The notes: generated by a model not told the origin, from the sequence alone. A stretch of DNA of 64,000 bases from an uncultured Gammaproteobacteria bacterium (GCA_964596525.1 CAZQUL010000001.1:1212312-1276311), one strand, 5' to 3'. Counted from the first letter of the stretch, positions 17,552 through 27,900 are shown. Numbers and translations: made by a program.

Positions 17552-18793
17552 CTAGCGGACGACAAAGTCCGTAAGTGGCCCGTGGAATAGTTCATCTTTT
17601 TCCCAGATATTACGCTGGATGTGAATCGTCGAACTAGTTTGGTCGGAATTTTTTATAACGTCGAAAGGAGCAACGATCGGAGATGCTGTAGAAGTCGCAA
17701 GACTAAATCTTGTTGGATCGAATATGAAAGACTGTTCTCCACCACCATTTTTTTGCAGCAAAAAATGCCAACCAAGAGAAGATGTGGCGAAAACATTAGG
17801 TAAATCATATAAGCTGTAATCTTCCGAAGTCGTTGCTATGGTCATAAGTGGTTTGCCGTGCACGTCAAAAATGGCAAACCGGGGAACCTCAGAACGCACA
17901 AAGTTTGAATAACTATGATCATAAACCAACACTTGATCGTTGTCGACGAAGCCAAGAATAATTTCTCCACCGAAATCCCAGGGATATATGAAAGACCCCA
18001 AAAGTTTGTGCTCGACAAAATCATAGACATCATCGGAAGCCCAAAAATTTCCCTGATTATAGAGCAGGCCATAACGCCCGTTGGGCGAAAAAGCGTAAAA
18101 CGCGAATGTGTCGCAGCGGCCTGAGTAAATGGAGCGTTCTTTTTCCGAATCAGAATCAATACCGGGCAGGATACTTACAGTACCTTGAGTGTCAGAGATA
18201 TATACCTGCTCATCAATAAAAATAAGCTCGTGCTTTCCTGGCAAAAACCGCACATTGCCAATTCCTAAGGTGCTGGTTGAAGAGTAAATTATTGTATCTT
18301 TCCCTGTTAAGCGCTCACGCAGGAGTAAAGTATCCCCAAGTTTCGAAATACAACTTTCATCAATATAAAAGGAATGTTTAGGCACTGGATGCTTCCGCAC
18401 CGTGTAGGCAAGAAATTTTCCATCCGATGAAACGGCCACTTGTTTTATAGGGTAGATATTTTCGACTTTGGGAAGAGAGGGGCGGTCATTATCTTCTAGA
18501 TTAAAGTAATCGATTGCTTTGCCGTCAGACCAGATAACTTCGTTATCCCAACCATCACGGGCAATAATTTTTGGATCGTAACCCCAATCGAGGCCAATGA
18601 TACGATCTTTCTCGCGCGTCAAAATCGGCTTCATCGCGACGGTGTTAGTAACGATTCGCGGGACGACCACATAGCGCAGAGCAGGCGAAGGACCGACTAG
18701 GGACTGCCGACTCATGAAAGTAATAAGGGTTAAACCACCCAATGAAACAAGAACGGTAATCACGAATAAGAGAAAAACCTTTTTAAACATCAT
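17552..18793 (-). CDS. membrane-anchored beta-propeller-like hypothetical protein
   Basis: N-terminal TM helix; repeats VSSDGKFLAY, FLPGKHELIF, FSPNGRYGLL. Confidence 0.65.
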   Translation of the reverse strand: MMFKKVFLLFVITVLVSLGGLTLITFMSRQSLVGPSPALRYVVVPRIVTNTVAMKPILTREKDRIIGLDWGYDPKIIARDGWDNEVIWSDGKAIDYFNLEDNDRPSLPKVENIYPIKQVAVSSDGKFLAYTVRKHPVPKHSFYIDESCISKLGDTLLLRERLTGKDTIIYSSTSTLGIGNVRFLPGKHELIFIDEQVYISDTQGTVSILPGIDSDSEKERSIYSGRCDTFAFYAFSPNGRYGLLYNQGNFWASDDVYDFVEHKLLGSFIYPWDFGGEIILGFVDNDQVLVYDHSYSNFVRSEVPRFAIFDVHGKPLMTIATTSEDYSLYDLPNVFATSSLGWHFLLQKNGGGEQSFIFDPTRFSLATSTASPIVAPFDVIKNSDQTSSTIHIQRNIWEKDELFHGPLTDFVVR

Positions 18794-18910
18794 AGTAGTA
18801 AAAAACCATCACCACCAGCTTGACCTCTTCTCCCCAAAAGCACAACCCTTTGGTGTGGATAGAAAACCCAGCTCGTGGTACCATCCCTACGCTCAAACCA
18901 GAGGAGTATC

Positions 18911-19726
18911 ATGAGAAAAAGACGTTCATTTCTGGACACGCTCAAACTCGGCGTGTTCATCACCATCCACCTCGTCCCCTTTCTTGCCATATGGACCGGC
19001 GTTACCGCGCGAGCACTCGTTCTTTTCGGGGTGCTCTACGTGGTAAAAATGTTTCTCGTGACCGGCGTGTACCATCGGTACTTCTCGCATCGCGCGTACA
19101 AGACGAGCCGCTTCATGCAGTTTACTCTTGGGTTTCTGGGGACAGCGTGCCTGCAACGGGGGCCCTTGTGGTGGGCGGCGCGGCACCGGCATCACCATCG
19201 TTACTCGGATGAACCCGAGGATGTGCATTCGCCGCGCCGCGGGCTCTGGCAATCGCATGTGGGATGGATTGTCGGGAGTGCGTACAATGCCACGGATACG
19301 GATCAGGTGCGCGATTTAGCGAAGTATCCAGAACTTCGCTGGCTCAACAATTATCACGGCATCGCTCCCCTTCTCCTCGCCGTGCTGTGCTATTACCTGG
19401 CGGGGTGGAGCGGCGTGGTTGTCGGGATGGGCTGGTCGGCCGTAGCGTCGTGGCATGCCACGTTTACCATCAATTCGCTCGCCCATCTGTGGGGCACGCG
19501 ACGGTACGCAACGAAAGATACGAGCCGCAACAACGGACTGCTTGCGCTTCTTACCCTCGGCGAAGGATGGCACAACAACCACCACCGCTATCCGGGCGCG
19601 GCGCGGCAAGGGTTTTTCTGGTGGGAAATCGATGTGACGTATTACATCCTGCAAGGGTTTGCAGCGCTGGGGCTGATCTGGGACCTGCGCGAGCCGCCAG
19701 CGCAGATTATGCGCACTGCAAAGTGA
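18911..19726 (+). CDS. delta-9-type membrane fatty-acid (acyl-CoA) desaturase
   Basis: His boxes YHRYFSH, HRHHH, NSLAH, GEGWHNNHH; GAGGAG SD at 18901. Confidence 0.93.
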   Translation: MRKRRSFLDTLKLGVFITIHLVPFLAIWTGVTARALVLFGVLYVVKMFLVTGVYHRYFSHRAYKTSRFMQFTLGFLGTACLQRGPLWWAARHRHHHRYSDEPEDVHSPRRGLWQSHVGWIVGSAYNATDTDQVRDLAKYPELRWLNNYHGIAPLLLAVLCYYLAGWSGVVVGMGWSAVASWHATFTINSLAHLWGTRRYATKDTSRNNGLLALLTLGEGWHNNHHRYPGAARQGFFWWEIDVTYYILQGFAALGLIWDLREPPAQIMRTAK

Positions 19727-19827
19727 GTATCGTCTTCTGTGGATCCGGTCATGTGCCGGGTCTTTTTTAACCCTCGTCAAAACTTCTTTGTTCGGCTATA
19801 ATCGATCGGGGTATTTTATTTCTTTTT

Positions 19828-20430
19828 ATGAAACAATCTCTTCTCACCACTCTGCGCGATGCTCGAACGGACACGGCCGCCTTCCGTCGCGCCGCGCATG
19901 GCGTAGCCCGGCTCCTTGCCGCAGAAGCCGTAACGCATTGTGCGGAAAGAACAGCGCCAATTGAGACGCCGGTCGCGCCGACGATTGGGTATTATCCGGA
20001 GCGACAGATCACGCTCGTGCCGGTATTGCGGGCTGGACTTGCTCTTCTACCGACCTTCATGGAGTGTTTTGAAAACGCGCGTGTCGGGTTCGCGGGTTTT
20101 CGCCGTGACGAGGAAACCGCGGAATCGAAAGAGTATTACCGCAATCTGCCGCCGTTCTCAGCCGAAGACCAGATCATTGTTCTTGACCCGATGCTCGCGA
20201 CCGGCGGGAGTGCCCTTGCGACAATCGAAGCAGTCATTACGGCCGGTGGACATGCTAAACAGATCATCGCCGTATTCGTCGTTGCTGCACCCGAAGGTTT
20301 GCAGCGGCTGAAAGAGCGCTTTCCCGAAGTCACTATCATATCCGCCGCATACGACGAAAAGCTGAATGATAAAAAGTATATCGTCCCCGGACTCGGCGAC
20401 TTTGGTGATCGGTATTTTGGGACCATGTAA
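19828..20430 (+). CDS. upp: uracil phosphoribosyltransferase
   Basis: VPVLRAGL, RDEET, DPMLATGGS, YIVPGLGDFGDRYFGT. Confidence 0.96.
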   Translation: MKQSLLTTLRDARTDTAAFRRAAHGVARLLAAEAVTHCAERTAPIETPVAPTIGYYPERQITLVPVLRAGLALLPTFMECFENARVGFAGFRRDEETAESKEYYRNLPPFSAEDQIIVLDPMLATGGSALATIEAVITAGGHAKQIIAVFVVAAPEGLQRLKERFPEVTIISAAYDEKLNDKKYIVPGLGDFGDRYFGTM

Positions 20431-20435
20431 ACGTG

Positions 20436-20470
20436 AAACGCCGCTCTTCAGGTGAAAGGCGGCGTTTTTT
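20436..20470. terminator. bidirectional terminator between upp and trhO
   Basis: AAACGCCGC...GCGGCGTTT plus T run. Confidence 0.65.
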
Positions 20471-21360
20471 TATATATCTTTTTGATCACTCGTGCGGCAA
20501 TCAGGCGAACAATATCCTTTTCCGTTTGTGTCGAGGCAGGATTTGCAACAGAGAATATGCCGTTTACCGCGGCAGTGCACATACGCGCAATCGATGTAAT
20601 TTTCGGTCGAGGCGTTGCAGCGCTCGCACTTCCCTACTATTTCATGATCTGGACCCTCGACATTAAAGCCCATCGTGACCCGGCCATCGAAAACGTAGAG
20701 CAAGCCTTTGAAATCTTCGTTCGGATATTTTTCCATGTACGTAACGATACCGCCGAAAAGCTGGTAAACGTTTTTAAATCCGTGCTTAACGAGAAAGCCT
20801 GATGCTTTTTCGCACCGTACGCCACCGGTGCAGACGGTAACGATGGTTTTGTCTTTGAGGTGCGCAAGGGTCGGAAGAACAGCTGGAAGATCGCGGAAGT
20901 TGGTAAGGGGCGGCAAAATTGAACCCGCGAAATGACCCACTTTGTGCTCGTAGTCGTTGCGCATGTCGATGATATAGAACTCTTTGTCCGAATGGATCCA
21001 GTCATGGAGTTCTTCGGCGGTAATGTAGGCGCCGGTCGTTTCGAGCGGACTAAAATCGTCTTTACCAAGATGAAGGCTGACGATTTCGGAGCGGACTTTA
21101 ATGGAGAGTTTGGGAAACGCCGACCCCGTGCCGACGCTGCGCTTGAAATGAATGCCCTGGAACCGTTCGTCGCGCTCAAGTTCCTCGATATAGCGGGCAG
21201 TATTCTCGGTCGTTCCTTCAAGCGTGACGTTGATACCTTCGGCGGCAATAATAAGCCGGCCCTTTAAGCCTAAGCGTTCGCATAAAAGCCGCTGGTCGCG
21301 GGCGACAGCTTCGGGGTCGGTTAGGGGAACGTATTTGTAGAATAAGAGGATTTCGTACAT
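20470..21360 (-). CDS. trhO: rhodanese-domain tRNA U34 hydroxylase (TrhO/YceA family)
   Basis: LLFYKY, LKGRLIIAAEGIN, DMRNDYE..GHF, CTGGVRCEKAS, LYVFDGR; ATG 21360. Confidence 0.88.
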   Translation of the reverse strand: MYEILLFYKYVPLTDPEAVARDQRLLCERLGLKGRLIIAAEGINVTLEGTTENTARYIEELERDERFQGIHFKRSVGTGSAFPKLSIKVRSEIVSLHLGKDDFSPLETTGAYITAEELHDWIHSDKEFYIIDMRNDYEHKVGHFAGSILPPLTNFRDLPAVLPTLAHLKDKTIVTVCTGGVRCEKASGFLVKHGFKNVYQLFGGIVTYMEKYPNEDFKGLLYVFDGRVTMGFNVEGPDHEIVGKCERCNASTENYIDCAYVHCRGKRHILCCKSCLDTNGKGYCSPDCRTSDQKDI

Positions 21361-21421
21361 ACGAGACAGCATATACGGAGTATAGCGGAACGAAGGTAAA
21401 AGACAAGAGCAGAGCTTTACC

Positions 21422-21522
21422 GTCATGGCGAGGAAGGAGTTAGACGACTGACCACGCAATCCCCTTGATTAAAGAGTAAATCTTGAATTACGGAGGGATT
21501 GCTTCACTGCGCTCGCAATGAC
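21422..21522. repeat. REP/MITE-like palindromic element, copy 1
   Basis: GTCAtgGCGAG...GCAATC...GATTGC...CTCGCAATGAC; 3' half closely similar to copy 2. Confidence 0.75.
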
Positions 21523-21573
21523 AATTTTAAAACAGAAAAACCTCCTTACGGAGGCGGAATGCGGCGGCGAGAG

Positions 21574-22410
21574 CTAGAGCTCGGCGATGATATTCAAGAG
21601 GAGCTGCTTGAAGTGCTGGCTATTGCCTTGGGCGACGGTCGCCACGTCTTCGTGCTTGATGGGTTTATTGGCGCTGTCGGCCGCGGGGTTGGTAACGCAG
21701 GCGAGCGCGAGCACATGCGCGCCAAGATGGCGGAGCGCGATGACTTCGGGAACCGTGGACATGCCCACAAGATCGGCGCCGAGCATGCGGAGCATCTGGA
21801 TCTCGGATGGCGTCTCGAACTGCGGCCCGGGCATCATGGCGTAGACACCTTCAGCAAGGTGCTTGCCGGTGAGGCGTAAGACGGCGGTATGTGCAGTAGC
21901 CCGAAAATCCCAGTCGTACGCTTGGGTCATGTCCGGAAAGCGGGTGCCGTACTTCTCATCGTTAATACCGGTGAGCGGTGAGCGCAGTGAAAAGTTGATA
22001 TGATCGCGGATGGCGACGATCTGACCGACATGATAGTCTCGGTTAATCGCACCGGCTGCACAGGTGAGAATAAACTTTTTGATACCCGAGAGTGCCAGGG
22101 TGCGGACAGCATGAACGATCGTCTGAAAATCATGACCCTCGTAGCTATGGACGCGCCCGCTCAAAAAGAGGGCGTGCTGATCCCCGACCATAGCCGAACA
22201 CAGCTTGCCGGCATGACCGATGACGTGCGGGGTAGGAAAACCGAGTTCTTCATAACCGATCGAGCGTGCATCCAGCAGGTCCTCGGCAGCATGACCCAAA
22301 CCCGAACCCAACACCACGCCGACCGTGGGTGGTGTGGGACAATCTTTGAGCCACGCATCAAGGGCGCTCAAGGAACTGTTGAGAGAAGCGGAATCGAGAT
22401 TAGCCTTCAT
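21574..22410 (-). CDS. punA: purine nucleoside phosphorylase (trimeric PNP family)
   Basis: VVLGSGLG, GHAG, GRVHSYEG, GPQFETPSE, VGMSTVPE, VTN. Confidence 0.93.
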   Translation of the reverse strand: MKANLDSASLNSSLSALDAWLKDCPTPPTVGVVLGSGLGHAAEDLLDARSIGYEELGFPTPHVIGHAGKLCSAMVGDQHALFLSGRVHSYEGHDFQTIVHAVRTLALSGIKKFILTCAAGAINRDYHVGQIVAIRDHINFSLRSPLTGINDEKYGTRFPDMTQAYDWDFRATAHTAVLRLTGKHLAEGVYAMMPGPQFETPSEIQMLRMLGADLVGMSTVPEVIALRHLGAHVLALACVTNPAADSANKPIKHEDVATVAQGNSQHFKQLLLNIIAEL

Positions 22411-22533
22411 AGGTACTCCTTACGCCAGAACGGCGCGATGTAACCCTACCACAACGTGCCGCTATCGACAACTTTACAAATAACCCCTGTTTCATTACTA
22501 TGATTACGCTACGCGAACCTTAAAGGAGAGGCC

Positions 22534-23589
22534 ATGGAAATCGCAGCTGTCTCATTGAATGACTTTCAGCACGGTACGAAAAATGTGCAAGAAGAAACGG
22601 CCCAGCGGGCCTACGAATCGTTTCGGACCACCGGACTTCTCTTTGTCCACGATCCGTCGGTAGACCTGGCGGATGTCGTGCGGGCGCAAGCAATGATGGA
22701 CCGCTATTTCGCCCAAGGAGAGACAGTCCTCATGCGGGATGCTCGACCGGAAGTCCACTTCCAGACCGGCTATCTGCCGCGCAAGACCGAACGGCCCAAC
22801 CGCAACCTGCGCACGCGCATCATTGGCATGCCACGCAGACACTGGCCGACGATTCCGCCCTGGGATTATGACGGCGATGACAAGCACCGCTTTTTCTACC
22901 CGTTCGGCGAGCAGCCGCCCGAGACGCCGTTTGATAAAATCAATCCGGCACCGGTTGTTCCCGCCGGATTTGAAGGCGAATGGAAGCCGACGCTCGACAA
23001 ACTCTGCTGCCAACTCCTCGGAGTGGGCACGGCAGCGCTCGCCATGATCGAGCGCGCTCTCGGCGCATCTCCAGGACGGATTACCGACCTTCTGAAGTAC
23101 GCTCCGCACCTGCTTGGCCCCAACGCGGCCGACCTCAGTACCACGAAGATCGGCACGATCATCAACGCCGCGCATACGGATCTGAATGCGGTATCGGTGC
23201 ACCCGGCAGCCACGTATCCGGGGCTGCGCATCTGGTCGCGCGATAACACGCTCATGTCGATCAAGATTCCGCCCGGCTATTTCCTGCTCCAGGCGGGCCA
23301 GCAGCTCGAGTGGGTTACCGGCGGTGAAATCTTGGCTGGATTGCACGAAGTAATCGCGACCGAAGAGGCCGTGGGGATTTACGAACGTCATCCGAGCCAG
23401 AGTCCACGGCGGATTTCACTACCCCTCTTCGTTCACTTCGCTTCGAGCGCCCGGCTCGAAGTGCTCGAAGAAATCTTGGCCGAGCAAAGCGTGCGCGAAC
23501 GGCGGCAGACACTCACCCTTTTCCCGCCCATCACGATCGCCGAACAGGTGACGGCTGAGCTCGAGGCCATCAACCTTAAGCAGAGCTAG
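22534..23589 (+). CDS. Fe(II)/2-oxoglutarate dioxygenase (isopenicillin N synthase-like)
   Basis: HTD...HEV metal triad, RISLPLF (RxS); AAGGAG SD. Confidence 0.85.
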   Translation: MEIAAVSLNDFQHGTKNVQEETAQRAYESFRTTGLLFVHDPSVDLADVVRAQAMMDRYFAQGETVLMRDARPEVHFQTGYLPRKTERPNRNLRTRIIGMPRRHWPTIPPWDYDGDDKHRFFYPFGEQPPETPFDKINPAPVVPAGFEGEWKPTLDKLCCQLLGVGTAALAMIERALGASPGRITDLLKYAPHLLGPNAADLSTTKIGTIINAAHTDLNAVSVHPAATYPGLRIWSRDNTLMSIKIPPGYFLLQAGQQLEWVTGGEILAGLHEVIATEEAVGIYERHPSQSPRRISLPLFVHFASSARLEVLEEILAEQSVRERRQTLTLFPPITIAEQVTAELEAINLKQS

Positions 23590-23638
23590 ATGATTCCCAA
23601 ACCACCCACCGGTGGTTTTTAAAATACTTTGTTCATCC

Positions 23639-23768
23639 GTCACTGCGAGGGGCATAGCAACGAAGCCCGTCCGCTATGGCAGCAGAAGGCGTGCTGGGCG
23701 GGCAATCCCTTTGATGTCAGAGTGAGCTCTGAATTATGAGGGAATTGCTTCGCTGCGCTCGCAATGAC
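23639..23768. repeat. REP/MITE-like palindromic element, copy 2
   Basis: GTCActGCGAG...GCAATC...ATTGCTTCGCTGCGCTCGCAATGAC. Confidence 0.75.
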
Positions 23769-23781
23769 ATGCCTTCTCATC

Positions 23782-25077
23782 TCACAACAACTTTTCCTGC
23801 ACACTATTATCGTCTCCCCCACCGTCGAGCTCAAGCAACGGAACGGTTGCCAAGCTCGCACCAACAATACCCTGCAGATCGCCGTAGACGCCGGTCGTGC
23901 TGAGCACCACCCGTTCGATTTCTTTTTCGCGCCGGCTCCAGATGCGCTGCATGGCGCGCTTTTCGGCCTCGAGCTCTTCTTTGAGGCTTTTGAAACCCAT
24001 GACGATATTCTCAATGCGATTACGGAACTGCGGACTGGAAATGTATTGATACAAAAAATCTTTTTTCTCTTCGCGGCCGACAAGCGAATTTTTGGTTTGG
24101 TGCATTTCAAGGACATGCGCGCGGATCATGGCCGTAACCGGTACGAGGCAACCGTACTCCACCACCCACACCCCTTCAATGCAACCAAATTGCTTGATGG
24201 AACTGGGTAGCGCTTTAGTCACCAAAATGCACACATCGGCTTGCACGAGTGCCTGGTCGCTCTTGAGTTTTTTAATCCACTCGTCGCTCCAGAGTTTGGT
24301 GTTTTTCGATTCCCACAAAATGACACCGCCTTTTTGGCCAAAGTTGGTTTGCACCGTGTGCACCAAATCCGCGCCGTTGATGCCGGTCGGCACATCGTCG
24401 ATTCGATCGAGTGGAAACGCAGTGGTGAGGAGGTGCTTTAAATCCGCCTCCTGCACCTCACCCTGGATCTGCATCGAAGCCTGCTCGGATTTGCGCTGTG
24501 CTTCATCGAGCGCTTTTTTGAGCATGTCCATCTGTTTGTCTTTTTCTAATTCTTTCTTGCGAAAATCTTCTTGAATGACACGCAGCCGTTCGTCGAGCGC
24601 CTGTGCCTGTTCAGTTTTGAAGCGCGTTTCGAGTTTAATGCGCTCTTCGTCGAGCTTGCGCTGGATTTCGAGTTCCGCATTCTTGGTTTTTTCTTCGAGT
24701 TCGCGGGCTTTGGCGCGCAATTCAAGCTCGTTTTTCTGCGCTTCTTTGAGCTGGCGATCACGTTCTTCTTTTTGCAGCTTCAAGTCCTTAAGCTCGAGCC
24801 CGAGTTTTTCCTGCGCTTTTTCTTGCGCCACGGCCCACAGCTTTTCCTTTTCGGCTTTCATTTTTTCATCAAGGTGCTTTTGCAAATCAGCGCGGTCTTT
24901 TTCGATTTTCTCGCGTTCGGCAAGCAAGGCTTTTTCTTGAAGAGCCATTTTTTCGGCACGAACTTTTTCTTTAGCATCAAACTCCGCGCGCAGTTCGTCT
25001 TTGATCTGCAAAGCCAGTGTTTCGGTAAGGGCTATCTCGTGCTGACACTCAGGACAACGGATTGTATGGTCGGGCAT
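23782..25077 (-). CDS. DUF2130-family coiled-coil protein
   Basis: N-terminal CPEC, long coiled coil, SMQIQGEVQE, GINGAD, ILWESKNTK.W..WI.KLK.DQ. Confidence 0.85.
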   Translation of the reverse strand: MPDHTIRCPECQHEIALTETLALQIKDELRAEFDAKEKVRAEKMALQEKALLAEREKIEKDRADLQKHLDEKMKAEKEKLWAVAQEKAQEKLGLELKDLKLQKEERDRQLKEAQKNELELRAKARELEEKTKNAELEIQRKLDEERIKLETRFKTEQAQALDERLRVIQEDFRKKELEKDKQMDMLKKALDEAQRKSEQASMQIQGEVQEADLKHLLTTAFPLDRIDDVPTGINGADLVHTVQTNFGQKGGVILWESKNTKLWSDEWIKKLKSDQALVQADVCILVTKALPSSIKQFGCIEGVWVVEYGCLVPVTAMIRAHVLEMHQTKNSLVGREEKKDFLYQYISSPQFRNRIENIVMGFKSLKEELEAEKRAMQRIWSRREKEIERVVLSTTGVYGDLQGIVGASLATVPLLELDGGGDDNSVQEKLL

Positions 25078-25219
25078 AAAAGAAAATCTAAAAGCAATAT
25101 CGTATCGTCACTATACTACACTCCCCTGCCACGTAAAACCAAGGTTCGCTGGGTGTGTTGACAGATGCCTTTTTTTGGGCTACATTCAGCGCACCACACC
25201 CGTGCAACAGGGGGTTCAC

Positions 25220-26551
25220 ATGATGCCCACAAAAGGTTTCGTCATCAAAGATATTACCGAAATAAAGGGACCGGGAATCATCGCCAGCCTGCGCAATGCA
25301 GCACGGTTGGCGCGCGATCCTGTGCAGTTTATCAGCCGGTTAAAGGCGGACAACCCGCGGCAATCAATCATTCCTCTTGCTGCATTTGGCCGCCGCCGAG
25401 CAGTGGCGATCCTCAACAAAGAGATGGGCGAAGAAATTCTGCGCAACCCGCACTTCGGACAGGCTGGAGTGCTCATGCGCATCCTGGGGAAAAAATTCGG
25501 CCAGAAAGGCCCCTTTACCTGGGATAGCGAAGAGGTGCGCGGGATAATTCGACCGCTCTTTCACAAAGACGAGCTTCTGAACGGGGCGAAAGCCATGCTG
25601 CTGCATAACGAGCTTATGCGGTTCGTAGAAAAACTCGAGATCGCGAGCGAACGGATGGAAACGATTGACATCCTGAAGATGTCCAAAGCCGCATCGATCG
25701 CCATCGTGTGCAACATCATTCTGGGCGCGCAGTGGAACGATGAGACGATACAACAGTGCGGGCAGGATATGGAAGAAATGGTGCTCGCCACGTTTGAAAG
25801 CATGATGAATCCGCTCTCGATCATTTCACCGCGCCGATACCTGCAGGTACGGAAGATGGTAGAGCGCCAACACAAGCTCATCTACGAGCTTATGAACGAA
25901 GCGAGCACCCCCGGAATCCTTACCGCCCACTCGCTCCTCACGAAGTTGCGCCAAGGCGGAGCGATCGACAACGAAACCATGTTCAGCGTGCTCATCCAGC
26001 TGCTCGTTGCTGGGCATGAAACAACGGCGAGCGCACTTGCCCACCTCACGCAACACCTCGCCATCCACAAAGATATGTATGAGGACAGCGGACTCAAAGC
26101 CGAAGCGCGCAAACTCGTTGCGATCGATCCGGGGAGCGACTGGACGTACCGCGATTTCCCGGCGCTAGCGCGCGTCGTCAGCGAAGTTATCATGACATAC
26201 CCGCCGATCATCTCGGTATTCCGCGCCGCCACGCAAGACACGCTGGTGCGGCACACGCGAGAAGAGTCATACCGTTTTAATGCCGGGACGCTCGTGTATC
26301 TGCCGCTCCTCGATTACAGCCACACGGAACTTGTAGCCGGACGCGTGCCGGCAAACCCGCTTGCAACATTGACCTTCAGCAGCGGGGTTCATAAATGCCC
26401 GGGCAATATCTTTGCAGTGCGACTGCTTACGATGACGCTCGCGACACTCATCCACCGCCGCATCCGTTTCAGCATTATCTCAACCCAAGGATACACCGCG
26501 CACCTAGCCTACAAGCCGCGCGGCCTCGCCATGAAAGTTTACCGGTCGTAG
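25220..26551 (+). CDS. cytochrome P450 (atypical)
   Basis: I-helix AGHETT; heme ligand FSSGVHKCPG; ATG 25220 with AGGGGG upstream. Confidence 0.85.
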   Translation: MMPTKGFVIKDITEIKGPGIIASLRNAARLARDPVQFISRLKADNPRQSIIPLAAFGRRRAVAILNKEMGEEILRNPHFGQAGVLMRILGKKFGQKGPFTWDSEEVRGIIRPLFHKDELLNGAKAMLLHNELMRFVEKLEIASERMETIDILKMSKAASIAIVCNIILGAQWNDETIQQCGQDMEEMVLATFESMMNPLSIISPRRYLQVRKMVERQHKLIYELMNEASTPGILTAHSLLTKLRQGGAIDNETMFSVLIQLLVAGHETTASALAHLTQHLAIHKDMYEDSGLKAEARKLVAIDPGSDWTYRDFPALARVVSEVIMTYPPIISVFRAATQDTLVRHTREESYRFNAGTLVYLPLLDYSHTELVAGRVPANPLATLTFSSGVHKCPGNIFAVRLLTMTLATLIHRRIRFSIISTQGYTAHLAYKPRGLAMKVYRS

Positions 26552-26615
26552 ACCAAAAACTCATCCCGCCCTGCGCGGGATTTTAATTTACCGGCAATCG
26601 GGGTACACTGCCTAT

Positions 26616-27845
26616 ATGAACAACCACCTTCGCTTTCCCGATAATTTTCTTTGGGGCGCCGCCACATCGTCGCATCAAGTAGAGGGGCATAACTATAACG
26701 ATTGGACTCTCTGGGAAGAATCCAGCCTCCGCCACAACGAACTCAGAGGTAATGGCCATATCGAAAAGTACGGCCTCAAAAATTTTCTGTCCCGAACCGC
26801 AGCCAACCACTTCCACCTCTACAAGGAAGACTACGAATTAGCCAAAGAACTCGGACATAATGCCACCCGCCTATCAATTGAATGGTCGCGCATCGAACCA
26901 GAGGAGGGCGTTTTTAATGAAGCCGCACTCGCCTACTACCGCACAGTGATCGCTCACCTTACAACGCTCGGCATTACCCCTCTAGTCACGCTCTATCATT
27001 GGACGGTTCCAGTTTGGTTTTCCAACCAAGGAGGCTGGCTCAACCCTGCCTCACCTGGGCAGTTCGCGCGTTTTGCCGCCCACATCGTAACCGCACTCAA
27101 AGATGACGTAACGTTCTGGATCACCCTGAATGAACCGGAAATTTACGCGACCAACTCATATTTAAACGGCATCTGGCCGCCGCAGCGCCGGAGTTACATC
27201 GCTTTTTGGCGCGTTTTCCATCGTCTTATAGCCGCACACCGGCAGGCATTTTCAGCTATCAAAAATATCCAACCGGACGCTCAAGTTGGTATCGCCAAAA
27301 ACAATATCTACTTCGAAGCAGCGGGTAAAAATCCGTTCAACCGTCTATTCAAAAAAATCTACGATTATGCGTGGAATTTCTATTTTCTGGACCGGATACG
27401 CACGTATCAAGATTTCATTGGCCTCAACTATTATTTTCACAATCGCATTGACTGGGGATTCATCCGCAACGAAAATAAGGCACTTTCTGATCTCGGTTGG
27501 GAGCTGCATCCGGAAGGGATTTACCATGTGCTTACAGATCTACAACGCTACCGACGCCCTATCTATATCACGGAAAATGGTTTAGCAGACGCAACCGATA
27601 GTCAACGCGCCTGGTTCATCAAAGAAATCCTCCGCCACGTTCACCGCTCGATTGAGGAAGGGGTGGATGTTCGCGGCTACCTGCACTGGTCGCTTATCGA
27701 TAATTTTGAATGGGACAAAGGATTTTTCCCTCGTTTTGGATTAGTCGCCGTGGATTATGCTACTTATAAACGCACACCACGTTCTTCGGCCCACATCTAC
27801 GGTGCTATCGCCAAGAACAATACACTACCAATTGATTCACCCTAG
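26616..27845 (+). CDS. glycoside hydrolase family 1 (beta-glucosidase-like)
   Basis: FLWGAATSSHQVEG, RLSIEWSRI, TLNEP (acid/base), ITENG (nucleophile), DNFEW. Confidence 0.95.
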   Translation: MNNHLRFPDNFLWGAATSSHQVEGHNYNDWTLWEESSLRHNELRGNGHIEKYGLKNFLSRTAANHFHLYKEDYELAKELGHNATRLSIEWSRIEPEEGVFNEAALAYYRTVIAHLTTLGITPLVTLYHWTVPVWFSNQGGWLNPASPGQFARFAAHIVTALKDDVTFWITLNEPEIYATNSYLNGIWPPQRRSYIAFWRVFHRLIAAHRQAFSAIKNIQPDAQVGIAKNNIYFEAAGKNPFNRLFKKIYDYAWNFYFLDRIRTYQDFIGLNYYFHNRIDWGFIRNENKALSDLGWELHPEGIYHVLTDLQRYRRPIYITENGLADATDSQRAWFIKEILRHVHRSIEEGVDVRGYLHWSLIDNFEWDKGFFPRFGLVAVDYATYKRTPRSSAHIYGAIAKNNTLPIDSP

Positions 27846-27900
27846 GATTTACTTTTCCACCAGGCGTGCTACAATCAGCATATATCCTTAACTCTTCCGT

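Noticed and set aside
22552-23391. 279-aa - strand ORF (also 38461..39270, 46164..46934, 48383..49093, 59018..59779)
   Set aside because: Shadow frames of well-supported genes
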